Assembly: GCA_958349535.1 (NCBI GenBank)
Contig: CATWDJ010000003.1
Span: forward strand, 103,261-167,260
Length of the DNA stretch: 64,000 bases
Direction of reading: 5' to 3'
Source: an uncultured Lachnospiraceae bacterium
GTDB taxonomy: Bacteria > Bacillota > Clostridia > Lachnospirales > Lachnospiraceae
Positions 37,500-48,899 of this stretch are shown in pieces; position 1 is the stretch's first letter, and every line of letters begins with the position of its first letter. The notes beneath the pieces were generated by a model. That model worked only from the letters and a program-made list of their open reading frames with translations. It did not search any database and was not told where the DNA came from. The position numbers and the translations under genes are program-made.

Positions 37500-38714
37500 A
37501 TGACAGTCAGAATAAAAAAGAGAGAAATATTGACCGTAGCCTTAATGTTGGCATTTGTGGAGCCGACTTTTTTTTATACAATTCCTATTTTAGATACATT
37601 TTTTACAATGGCGAGGCTTTTGGCAATCTGCATTGTTGCAATTCTTGTGTTTGGTAAAAAAATAAGAATTAATAAAATAGATGTTCTTTTGATTATTTAC
37701 TATGGAATCTTGATGGTATCCCAAATGCTTTCGGAAAATACGATGTGCCAGGTGTTAATCTATATGGGAAATGCGATGGGATTTGTTTTGCTTTTGGAGA
37801 TAGAATTAAAAAGAGACAGCAGCTTTTTTATAAAAAGTCTTGGAATTTGGTTAAGGCTATTGGTTTGTATAAATTTTGCACTTATGATGATTTATCCGGA
37901 AGGAATGTATACCATATATAATGCCGATAATGTATGGCATTCAAGTTCGAATTGGTTGTTGGGATATCGAAATGCTCATATTTACACAATTATACCCGCA
38001 ACCTTGATTACAATTATTGAAGATTATATAAAAACAGGAAAATTAATAGGGAGTATACGGACAGTGCTATTTTTGATGGTAGCTGTTGCTTCTATTGTAA
38101 CGGGAAAGTCAGCAACATCCTTAATGTTTGTATTTGCATTAGGCTTTTTCTTTTTGTTTTTTATTGGATTTCGACAGTATAAAAATAGAATATTTACGAA
38201 TTACAGAGTATTTGTTGTCTTTCCGGTAATCTTATTTTTTGCGATTATTATCTTTCGTGTGCAGGAAAAGTTTGCATGGTTTATTACAGATGTATTGGGA
38301 AGAAACCTAACTTTTTCCAGTAGGATATATATATGGGATAAGGCTATTTATTATATTAAACAACGATGGTGGATTGGATATGGAATAGAACCCCAGATTG
38401 TAAGAATTCAGAAATTCGGAATGTCCGATGCAGTACATGCACATAATCAGATATTGGAACTTTTGTATACAGGAGGTATTGGATTATTAATTGTATTTTT
38501 TTTTATGATTATTATAATCGGAAAAAAGTGTATGCTTTATAAGAAAGATAAATTGTCAATATGGTTTTTATTTATTTTGGGAACATTGTTAGTTATGTAT
38601 CTGACAGAAGCATATTTTACAGGACAGCCATTGATTGTTGGAATGTTTGTGATTCTGTATCATGTTGATGGATTTGTACGCATCAGAGAGGAAAGAGCAG
38701 ATGTCGGGAAGTGA
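37500..38714 (+). CDS. wzy: Polytopic membrane protein, putative Wzy-type oligosaccharide repeat-unit polymerase (O-antigen ligase-like)
   Basis: About 10-11 predicted TM helices with a larger loop near the C-terminal third. Very AT-rich. Located with Wzx in a Wzz/BY-kinase locus. Confidence 0.5.
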   Translation: MTVRIKKREILTVALMLAFVEPTFFYTIPILDTFFTMARLLAICIVAILVFGKKIRINKIDVLLIIYYGILMVSQMLSENTMCQVLIYMGNAMGFVLLLEIELKRDSSFFIKSLGIWLRLLVCINFALMMIYPEGMYTIYNADNVWHSSSNWLLGYRNAHIYTIIPATLITIIEDYIKTGKLIGSIRTVLFLMVAVASIVTGKSATSLMFVFALGFFFLFFIGFRQYKNRIFTNYRVFVVFPVILFFAIIIFRVQEKFAWFITDVLGRNLTFSSRIYIWDKAIYYIKQRWWIGYGIEPQIVRIQKFGMSDAVHAHNQILELLYTGGIGLLIVFFFMIIIIGKKCMLYKKDKLSIWFLFILGTLLVMYLTEAYFTGQPLIVGMFVILYHVDGFVRIREERADVGK

Positions 38715-40101
38715 GAAAAAATTCAAAAGAGATTTACTCCTTGTTGTAGGAAGTAATGTTATTGTTCTGATAAGCAGTATAGTAACGGGATTTATTATTC
38801 CTAAAATATTAGGAGTGCATGGGTATGGAATTTATAAAATGTTTACTTTGTATCTCGGATATGGAGCATTATTACATTTTGGTTATGTAGATGGTATTTT
38901 GTTGAACTATGCAGGGAATGATTACGAAACATTAGATTTAAATAAATTTCGGACATATACATATTTTTTTGTTTGGATGCAGATTTGGGTTTCCGGAGTT
39001 TTTTGTGTATGTTCATTTTTTCTAAAAAATATATATAGATGGCTCATGATTTTATTGGGAATAGATATTGCAATCGTTAATGTCACAACATATTATCAAT
39101 TTATATCGCAAGGTACCATGCGATTCAAGGAACTTTCCATTAGAAATACATTGAAATCTATATTTAAAATAGTATTGGCTTTCACATTATTTTTTATATC
39201 TAATATTCCAAAAGAACGACTGACGTTTGAATATATTATAGGAACTATTACAGTGGATGCATTGTTGTTACTTTGGTATGTGTATACATATCGGGAAATT
39301 ACGTTTGGAAGTAAGCAGAGCATTAGAGAAAACAGACAGGATATAAAAAAATTATTTAGGACAGGAATTATTCTTACAATTTCTTATCAAGTTGCACAAC
39401 TGATTTTTTTGTTGGATCAGCAATATGTGGCACTCTTATTTGATACGAATACATATGGAATTTATTCATTTGCATATAATTTAATTCACGTAGTAATTAC
39501 AGTAATCGGTGCGGTATCACTTGTGCTATTTCCGACATTAAAAAGAAAAAACGCAGAAAATATTGTACAGCATTTCTCAGAAGGAATTGCAATCATTACA
39601 GTTTTTGCTTTTTTTGTATTAATTGGTTATTATCCATTATGCGGTATTATTACAAAATTTTTGCCTAATTATCAGAGTGCACTGATATACTTACAGATTA
39701 TGTTTCCAGGATTAGTGTTAACCTGTTGTATTAATATGATTATGTTTACGTATTATAAAGCTTTGAATATACAGAAAGTATTTTTGAAAAAAAGTGTAAT
39801 TGTATTAGTAGCATCCATAATATTAAATATGATTGCTTATATCATATTTAAATCACCGGTAGCCATTTCTGTTATGTCAATCATAGTGTTGTTTATTTGG
39901 TATATCATCTGTGAAATGGAATTTGTGAACAGATATGCTGTAAAATGGAAAAGGAATTTTTGGTATACAATTTGTATGGCAGGAATTTTTTACATGGTTG
40001 TTATGGGAATGGATAACAAAAAGATTGGCTGTATGTTTTATGCAGGAGCTTTTATGCTTTTGACGAAAGTATGTTATGGAAAAAATATGCGGAAGAAATA
40101 G
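38701..40101 (+). CDS. wzx: MOP-superfamily polysaccharide flippase (Wzx-like)
   Basis: 12+ TM helices. Basic N-terminus KFKRDLLLVVGSNVIVL typical of Wzx. ATG with GAGAGGAAAGAG SD, overlapping the wzy 3' end. Confidence 0.55.
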   Translation: MSGSEKKFKRDLLLVVGSNVIVLISSIVTGFIIPKILGVHGYGIYKMFTLYLGYGALLHFGYVDGILLNYAGNDYETLDLNKFRTYTYFFVWMQIWVSGVFCVCSFFLKNIYRWLMILLGIDIAIVNVTTYYQFISQGTMRFKELSIRNTLKSIFKIVLAFTLFFISNIPKERLTFEYIIGTITVDALLLLWYVYTYREITFGSKQSIRENRQDIKKLFRTGIILTISYQVAQLIFLLDQQYVALLFDTNTYGIYSFAYNLIHVVITVIGAVSLVLFPTLKRKNAENIVQHFSEGIAIITVFAFFVLIGYYPLCGIITKFLPNYQSALIYLQIMFPGLVLTCCINMIMFTYYKALNIQKVFLKKSVIVLVASIILNMIAYIIFKSPVAISVMSIIVLFIWYIICEMEFVNRYAVKWKRNFWYTICMAGIFYMVVMGMDNKKIGCMFYAGAFMLLTKVCYGKNMRKK

Positions 40102-40143
40102 AAGCATGATATATTACGAGCGAATATATAAGGAGAGTTTACA

Positions 40144-41148
40144 ATGGAAAAAATGATAGAGAGAACACGAATTTCATGGCTAGACAGTAGTAAAGGCTTC
40201 GCGATATTATTGGTAGTGTTGGGACATATCGCAGATGGGTATCTTAGAGCAGAATTATTTCCCGAAAATGCATATGAATTTGAAGTACTCCATAATCTGA
40301 TATATTCTTTCCATATGCCTTTGTTTTTTATATTAAGTGGATACATATTTTACAGGGCGTATTGTAGTGAGATAGAGAAACAGTTATTGCACTTCAAACG
40401 TCAGTTATTTAATATTGTCTGGGTGTATGTAGGATTTAGTATTCTCCAATGGATATTTAAAATGTTCTTTTCATCCAACGTGAATATGGCATATACCGTA
40501 AAAGATTTGCTGTTACTGCCAATAAAGCCGATGGCACCGTATTGGTATTTGTATATTATGCTTTTTTTCTACATGATATGCTACTTAGTTTGTAAAAAGG
40601 AAATAAAATCAATTTATGTTTGGTGTGTGGCAGTAGCTATGAACCTTACAGCACAATGTGTGAAATGGGATGTGATATTCCCTATGGAGCAGTTATTGTA
40701 TTTTTTTGTTTTTTTCTATCTGGGAGTCCAAATTTCCAGGGGGGGACTGCAAAAGAAAATGTTGTTACCATTTGCAACGGCGGCACTTCTTGCAATTGCA
40801 TATATCATTTATGCAGGAGTTAACCTTGAGGATGAAAAACTTTTTGGTTTTGGAGCTCTTGAAATTTCAATGACCTGTATTCTGATGTTTATGAATGCTC
40901 CGATATTGTCGAAAAGCCGATTGCTGAATCTGTGTGGAAGATACTCTCTGGAAATCTATGTGATGCATTGCTTTATTACTGCCGCAAATCGCAGTATTTT
41001 ATGGAAGTTTGGATTGACACATGTTGTGGCAAATGTTTTGGTGAATTTTGTTATGGCTGTGTTTATTCCAATATTGGTAGCATGGATTTTGAAGAAACTG
41101 GGTTTGCATAAGATTATTTTTAAATTTGGGAATTATGCCATTAAATGA
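40144..41148 (+). CDS. Acyltransferase family 3 membrane protein (sugar O-acetyltransferase, OatA-like)
   Basis: ISWLDSSKGFAILLVVLGHI start and about 10 TM helices typical of Acyl_transf_3. Confidence 0.65.
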   Translation: MEKMIERTRISWLDSSKGFAILLVVLGHIADGYLRAELFPENAYEFEVLHNLIYSFHMPLFFILSGYIFYRAYCSEIEKQLLHFKRQLFNIVWVYVGFSILQWIFKMFFSSNVNMAYTVKDLLLLPIKPMAPYWYLYIMLFFYMICYLVCKKEIKSIYVWCVAVAMNLTAQCVKWDVIFPMEQLLYFFVFFYLGVQISRGGLQKKMLLPFATAALLAIAYIIYAGVNLEDEKLFGFGALEISMTCILMFMNAPILSKSRLLNLCGRYSLEIYVMHCFITAANRSILWKFGLTHVVANVLVNFVMAVFIPILVAWILKKLGLHKIIFKFGNYAIK

Positions 41149-41276
41149 GCCACTATAAATAATCGGGTGGATTGCTTTGGTTCATTAATATTTGTGTAGA
41201 TTGTGACGAAAATATTATTGCAACTGCCCATGTGTTTATTATAATGATAGTGCAATTATGAGACAGGAGTATCGTC

Positions 41277-41570
41277 ATGGCAAGACCATTAAAGAAACCG
41301 GAATACAGTAAACAGAAAATTACACAGGAACTGCTTGTTCAAATTACAGATGCATTTGGTGAAGCTTATGATGACCGGGTTAGCGTGGAAGAGCATAGAC
41401 CAAATCTCCGGGAAATAGCAGAAGAATTTGGCATGGCTCCCATCCGTATGAGAAAGATGCTGATTACTGCAGGAGTATATTCCACCGAAACCAGCAGGAA
41501 GATTGCAAAGTATATGAAGATGGATTGTCTATGGATGAAATACAATGCAGAATACAATTCAGATTGCTAA
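41277..41570 (+). CDS. Small hypothetical protein with a helix-turn-helix-like segment
   Basis: 97 aa. LREIAEEFGMAPIRMRKML resembles an HTH. SD GGAG before the ATG. No family recognised. Confidence 0.35.
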   Translation: MARPLKKPEYSKQKITQELLVQITDAFGEAYDDRVSVEEHRPNLREIAEEFGMAPIRMRKMLITAGVYSTETSRKIAKYMKMDCLWMKYNAEYNSDC

Positions 41571-41756
41571 TATTTTGCCTATTGCATTATGTATATTTTT
41601 CTGATATTCTTTTTTTTACATATCTGGGACAGACGTAACGATTCACGTCTGCTACAATTCTGGTACAGGAAATATATTTCAGCGGCATTCCGCCGTAGCC
41701 TGTCACATTTCCCATATGAAAACAATAGAAAATAGCAAATGAAGGAGGATTTGTCT

Positions 41757-42641
41757 ATGTATCAAGACAAAAAGACAATTCAGGAGTTAAATTTGATGGA
41801 TGATTTCCTTATGACGGAAAGCATGCTCCACGAGGAGACCGCCCAGCGGGTGGCAAGGCTGATAATAGAGCGTGCCACACGGATGAAAGTGGGAAATCTT
41901 GTCATTGACTGTCAAAAAACCATGAACGGAATGAACACTTATCTCCACGGCATCCGGCTGGACGTTGCCGTCAATGAGTTCCATGTAACAGAGGAGGAAA
42001 AAGCCGACACGATTCGCCTGTTTGACATTGAACCTAATAACAGGCAGGAATCCGCACTACCCAAACGCAACCGTTACTATCAGGCATTAACGGATGTAAA
42101 GCTTCTGGAAACCGGGATAGAATACGATAAGCTTCCAGAACTTTGGACTATTTGGATACTGCCCTATGATCCCTTTGCACAGAATTATATGCTTTATTCT
42201 GTAAAAAATGTGGTAGAAGGTTTTGATGAAATAGATTATAATGATGGTGTAAGAACCTTGTTCTTATATACAGATGGAGAATATGGAGGCAGCCCGGAAT
42301 TAAAACGCCTGCTGACCTATATCAAGCACAGTACAGCGGAAAATGCCACTGATACAGAGCTTGAAACACTCCATGCAATGATAGAACAAATCAAGGGTAA
42401 TTCAGAGATAGGGGTGAAATATATGCATGTGCGTGAAATGATGGCGGATACTATAAAGGATGCAATTGATAAGGGTATGAAACAAGGGATAGAACAAGGC
42501 ATGGAACTTGGTATACAGGCTTTGATAGAAACCTGCAAGGATATGGGGTTGTCCGAACAAGACACACAACAGTACGTGGAAACAAAATTCTCAATGTCCC
42601 AAAATACAGCAGGGGATTTTATGACAAAGTATTGGAAATAG
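41757..42641 (+). CDS. Rpn/YhgA-like recombination-promoting nuclease / putative transposase family protein (PD-(D/E)XK)
   Basis: C-terminal KGMKQGIEQGMELGIQALIETCKDMGLSEQDTQQYVETKF matches the repeated G-x3-G plus 'GLS..E..' tail characteristic of the Rpn/transposase_31 family. D...E.K-like acidic residues (RLDVAV...FDIEPN). GGAGG SD before the ATG at 41757. Confidence 0.4.
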   Translation: MYQDKKTIQELNLMDDFLMTESMLHEETAQRVARLIIERATRMKVGNLVIDCQKTMNGMNTYLHGIRLDVAVNEFHVTEEEKADTIRLFDIEPNNRQESALPKRNRYYQALTDVKLLETGIEYDKLPELWTIWILPYDPFAQNYMLYSVKNVVEGFDEIDYNDGVRTLFLYTDGEYGGSPELKRLLTYIKHSTAENATDTELETLHAMIEQIKGNSEIGVKYMHVREMMADTIKDAIDKGMKQGIEQGMELGIQALIETCKDMGLSEQDTQQYVETKFSMSQNTAGDFMTKYWK

Positions 42642-42781
42642 ATGTGAATGGAATATGTGAATCATTGATTTCCTATGCCCCACGGTGGATGCCGGGAGAA
42701 TACGTGAGAGCGTGTTTTAGGTATACACTATGGGGTGTTTTCGGCTAATTGAAAAATAAGCAACCTTAAGAGATTTATTTT

Positions 42782-43267
42782 ATGATGATAGAGATAAGAA
42801 AGAAAAGAATAATATGGGTACTCTGTACCATCCTGTGGATGCTGTTGATTTTTAGTTTTTCGGCACAGCCTGCAAAAGAATCCTCAGGAACAAGCGGTTA
42901 TGTGGCAACGCTGTTTGCAAAAACCTTTGTGCCTCAATATGAGAAGTGGAGTAAAAGCAAGCAAGAGAAGTTTATAGAAAAAATCAATTTTCCAATCAGA
43001 AAAGGCGGACATTTTATGGAGTATGCGGTGTTGGGAGGATTGTTATATATGAGTTTTTACACCTGCGGACATATAAAAAGAAGGGGGATCGTGAGTATTC
43101 TGGTTGGTGTGTTATACGCCGGAAGTGACGAGTTCCATCAGTTGTTCGTGCCGGGACGAAGTGGGCAGATAACGGATGTGCTTTTGGATAGTTGCGGCTG
43201 TGTAGTGGGAGTCCTTTTGGTGATGAGTATCGTAAAGAAAATGGAAACAAAGAATAAAGGAGTATAG
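42782..43267 (+). CDS. VanZ-family membrane protein
   Basis: 4 TM helices, FHQLFVPGRSGQITDVLLDS motif typical of VanZ-like proteins. Confidence 0.6.
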   Translation: MMIEIRKKRIIWVLCTILWMLLIFSFSAQPAKESSGTSGYVATLFAKTFVPQYEKWSKSKQEKFIEKINFPIRKGGHFMEYAVLGGLLYMSFYTCGHIKRRGIVSILVGVLYAGSDEFHQLFVPGRSGQITDVLLDSCGCVVGVLLVMSIVKKMETKNKGV

Positions 43268-43271
43268 GAAA

Positions 43272-44978
43272 ATGAAAACAGAGAGTGAATTGCGAAGAAT
43301 GTTACGGGAGATAGACCACAAAGGATATCCGGCGTACAAAGGAACCAAAGGGAATTATCGTTTTCCGAAATATGTGCTGTCCATAGACCATGTGCAGGGG
43401 GATCTGTTTGCGGCACCTTCTAAGATCAGTATTCATATAGAAGGAAAGGATACGGGATTTGATACTTATTTTTATGATTCAACCTGTAAAAGAATCGCAT
43501 TTCAGGATTATCTGCTACGAGGGTTAGCAAGACAGATTCGGGAATATTCTTTTAAAGCAAAGGGTTCAGGAAAAAGCGGATTGTTGGGCATCAGCCAGCC
43601 GGGACAGGAGATATTAGAGCGGAGTGCCTGTGTCATAAATCCGAAGGACGGAAAAATAACGGTGCAGATAGAAGTGGGATTTCCGGCAAACGGAAGAACC
43701 ATTAATGCCGGAGAATTGGAAAAGATTCTTTTTGACTTTTTACCGAAATGCATCGAAAAGACATTATATGCATCTGTTCACAGGAGAGAACAGATGGAGC
43801 AGGTGGTACATTTGGCGGAGGATCAGCAATATATCCGGAAAGAATTAAAGAAGAAAAAGCTGGTGGCATTTGTGGCAAACGGTGCCATTCTTCCGAGAAA
43901 ATCAGGAGTATCCATGCAGCCAATGAAGGATGCGGTGCCATTCCAATCGTCGGAATCCATGGAGGTTATCATGGAGCTGCCGCATTACGGAAGTTTAAAA
44001 GGGATGGGAGTCCCACGGGGAATCACTTTGATTGTGGGAGGCGGATACCACGGAAAATCCACCCTCTTAAAGGCGTTAGAGCTAGGAGTTTATAACCATA
44101 TCAAGGGAGATGGAAGGGAATATGTGATTACCGATGAAACAGCCATGAAGCTGCGGGCAGAGGATGGAAGAAGTATTCAGAAGGTGGATATTTCCATGTT
44201 TATCAATCATCTTCCAAATAAAAAGGACACCGTATCCTTTTATACGGAGGATGCCAGCGGAAGCACCTCTCAGGCAGCAAACACCGTGGAAGCGATGGAA
44301 GCAGGAGCAGAAGTTTTTCTGATAGACGAAGACACCAGTGCCACCAATTTTATGATAAGAGATGAATTGATGCAAAGAGTGGTGGTTCGGGAAATGGAAC
44401 CGATTATCCCTTTTATTGACCGGGTACGGGAATTGTATGAGAACAGGGGCATCTCTACAATTTTAGTGGCAGGCAGCTCAGGAGCGTATTTCAAAGAAGC
44501 GGATACCGTCATTCAGATGAAAGAGTATATGCCAATGGAAATCACAGAGCTTGCCAAAAAAGAGGCGGCACATTTTCCAGCGGCTGTATCCCAAATTGAT
44601 CCGGCAGAAAGACCGAAAATAGAGAGAATCATAAAAAGAGATAGTGCTTTTCGAAAAGAAACCAGAATCAAAACCAAGACTATGGGCAGAGAAAGTTTTT
44701 CTATTAATAAGGAAAATGTAGACCTTCGTCTGGTGGAACAGTTGGTGGATAGTGAGCAGTTAAATTCTCTTGCCCAGATTGTAAAATATATGAAACTGCA
44801 TATTTTTGACGGTAAAAAAACCTTAGGTCAGGGGGTAGAGGAGTTGTGGGAGAAAATAGAGCAGCAGGGAATAGCTGTCTTTTGTGAGGGAACACCCGCA
44901 GGAAATCTGACCTTGCCGAGAAAGCAGGAAATTTATGCGGCATTGAACCGTTGTAGGAATCTGATAAAAGTGGAGTAA
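43272..44978 (+). CDS. Predicted ABC-class ATPase (ABC_ATPase domain protein, COG3044-like)
   Basis: P-loop-like GGGYHGKSTLL and a conserved N-terminal region (YKGTKGNYRFPKYVLSIDHVQGD). 568 aa. Confidence 0.55.
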   Translation: MKTESELRRMLREIDHKGYPAYKGTKGNYRFPKYVLSIDHVQGDLFAAPSKISIHIEGKDTGFDTYFYDSTCKRIAFQDYLLRGLARQIREYSFKAKGSGKSGLLGISQPGQEILERSACVINPKDGKITVQIEVGFPANGRTINAGELEKILFDFLPKCIEKTLYASVHRREQMEQVVHLAEDQQYIRKELKKKKLVAFVANGAILPRKSGVSMQPMKDAVPFQSSESMEVIMELPHYGSLKGMGVPRGITLIVGGGYHGKSTLLKALELGVYNHIKGDGREYVITDETAMKLRAEDGRSIQKVDISMFINHLPNKKDTVSFYTEDASGSTSQAANTVEAMEAGAEVFLIDEDTSATNFMIRDELMQRVVVREMEPIIPFIDRVRELYENRGISTILVAGSSGAYFKEADTVIQMKEYMPMEITELAKKEAAHFPAAVSQIDPAERPKIERIIKRDSAFRKETRIKTKTMGRESFSINKENVDLRLVEQLVDSEQLNSLAQIVKYMKLHIFDGKKTLGQGVEELWEKIEQQGIAVFCEGTPAGNLTLPRKQEIYAALNRCRNLIKVE

Positions 44979-45035
44979 AAATTTTGGATAGATAAATTTT
45001 AATTATAAATTATTTATTAAATCATAAAATGATTA

Positions 45036-45064
45036 TTGACAAAGAAATAACATAGTGTTATTTT
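45036..45064 (+). promoter_or_regulatory. Putative sigma-A promoter of groESL (TTGACA-N17-TATTTT)
   Basis: Consensus -35 with 17-nt spacer, immediately upstream of CIRCE. Confidence 0.5.
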
Positions 45065-45076
45065 ATGTACATAAGG

Positions 45077-45103
45077 TTAGCACTCAAATCTAGTGAGTGC
45101 TAA
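45077..45103 (+). promoter_or_regulatory. CIRCE operator (HrcA binding site) TTAGCACTC-N9-GAGTGCTAA
   Basis: Perfect match to the CIRCE consensus inverted repeat, 40 nt upstream of groES. Confidence 0.92.
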
Positions 45104-45143
45104 TAAAACAGAAAAGCAAGAAGAGATATAAGGAGGAATCAGA

Positions 45144-47076
<1,933 letters not shown>

Positions 47077-47080
47077 GCCT

Positions 47081-47902
47081 ATGAAAATTGTCATTTTGAC
47101 AGAGAATACCGTGTATCGGCGAGGTCTGCTCGCCGAGCACGGTCTTTCTCTATATATAGAAGAAAACGGAAAAAAATATTTATTTGATACAGGTCAAAGC
47201 GGTGTTTTTCTGAAAAATGCCAAAGAGCTGGGTGTGAATCTGGAGAATCTGGATGGCATCATACTAAGCCATGGTCATTACGATCATTGCGGAGGATTGG
47301 AAGAGTTTGTAAAGCAGTATGAGCCGCCTAAGATTTATGTGAGACGGGAAGCCTTTGAGGAAAAGCTTCATCAGGGGAAACCGGAGGCAGAGGCAAAAGA
47401 TATCGGAATACCATGGAAAAAAGAACTGATTGAGGACAAGCTGGTCTATACAGAGGATTTTCAGGAAATTGATGAAAACATCTATGTGCTGGGAAATATT
47501 TCCATGGAAAATGATTTTGAAGCTGTGGCAAAGGGAATGCTGGTAAGAAGAAATAAGCTGTGTGTGCCGGATTGCATGAGTGATGAACAGATGTTGGTCA
47601 TCCGAAGCAAAGAAGGGCTTCATGTTTTTGTAGGATGTGCTCATGTAGGGATTATCAATGCCCTTTCCTATGTGGAGAAAACTTTTCCGGGAGAAAAGAT
47701 TGTTTCGTTATTGGCAGGAATGCATCTGTCCACAGCACCAAAAGAGCAGGTGGAACGAACCATACAGGAACTGGAAAAAAGAGAAATTCCGTTATTAATG
47801 CCGCTCCATTGTACCGGACCGGCAGTCATCGGAAAATTAAAGCAGAGCTTTCCGAATACCTGTAAAATGGTATATACAGGGAAAACAATCATAGAAGCAT
47901 AA
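47081..47902 (+). CDS. MBL-fold metallo-hydrolase
   Basis: HGHYDHCGG metal-binding motif. 273 aa. Confidence 0.6.
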   Translation: MKIVILTENTVYRRGLLAEHGLSLYIEENGKKYLFDTGQSGVFLKNAKELGVNLENLDGIILSHGHYDHCGGLEEFVKQYEPPKIYVRREAFEEKLHQGKPEAEAKDIGIPWKKELIEDKLVYTEDFQEIDENIYVLGNISMENDFEAVAKGMLVRRNKLCVPDCMSDEQMLVIRSKEGLHVFVGCAHVGIINALSYVEKTFPGEKIVSLLAGMHLSTAPKEQVERTIQELEKREIPLLMPLHCTGPAVIGKLKQSFPNTCKMVYTGKTIIEA

Positions 47903-48014
47903 TGGACTTTTTTATGACCTCACATGGTATACATTACTACATTTACACAGAAAAAAAAGTGTGTTAGAATTGCCTTGTTTAGGAAAAACGAAACGAGGAA
48001 TGAGGTAATGTAAT

Positions 48015-48887
48015 ATGGGAAAAGTTGCAATTCTTACAGACAGTAACAGCGGAATTCTCCAAGCTGAGGCAGAGGAATTGGGAATTCAGGTAGTACCTAT
48101 GCCGTTTATGATTGAAGGTAAGACTTTTTATGAGGGAATTGACCTGACACAGGAAGATTTTTATAAAAAATTAGCGGAAAATGTGGAGATTTCCACATCT
48201 ATGCCGGAACCGGGAAGCGTTATGGATTTGTGGGACAAATTATTAGAGACCCATGATGAAGTGGTATATATTCCCATGTCCAGCGGTCTGAGCAGTTCTT
48301 GTGAGACGGCTATGATGCTGGCACAGGACTATGATGGAAAAGTACAGGTTGTCAATAACCAGCGGATTTCCGTTACCATGCGTCAGTCGGTGTTGGATGC
48401 CTTAGAATTGGCAGAAGAAGGCAGAAGTGCCGCAGAAATCAAAAAGATTCTGGAAGATGCCAAATTTGATTCCAGTATCTATATTATGGTAGACACTCTT
48501 TATTATCTGAAGAAAGGCGGACGTATTACTCCGGCGGCGGCAGCATTCGGAGAATTGTTAAAGATTAAACCGGTTTTGCAGATTCAGGGAGAGAAGCTGG
48601 ATGCTTTTGCAAAAGCCAGAACCGTGAAGAAAGCAAAACAGATTATGATTAAGGCAATACAGGATGATCTTGCCAATCGTTTTCAGGATCCGGCGGCTGA
48701 GAAAGCCTATATATCCATGGCATATACCCATGATTTAGAAGCGGCAGAAGAATTTAAAGCAGAGGTGCAGGAGATATTCCCAAACCATGAGATTTATATG
48801 CAGGCATTGCCTTTGAGTATTTCCTGTCACATTGGACCGGGAGCTTTGGCGGTAACCTGTACACAGACCATTGACCATCGGAAATAA
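48015..48887 (+). CDS. DegV-family fatty-acid-binding protein
   Basis: MGKVAILTDSNSGI start, 290 aa, typical DegV length and N-terminal motif. Confidence 0.8.
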   Translation: MGKVAILTDSNSGILQAEAEELGIQVVPMPFMIEGKTFYEGIDLTQEDFYKKLAENVEISTSMPEPGSVMDLWDKLLETHDEVVYIPMSSGLSSSCETAMMLAQDYDGKVQVVNNQRISVTMRQSVLDALELAEEGRSAAEIKKILEDAKFDSSIYIMVDTLYYLKKGGRITPAAAAFGELLKIKPVLQIQGEKLDAFAKARTVKKAKQIMIKAIQDDLANRFQDPAAEKAYISMAYTHDLEAAEEFKAEVQEIFPNHEIYMQALPLSISCHIGPGALAVTCTQTIDHRK

Positions 48888-48899
48888 AATAAAAAACGC

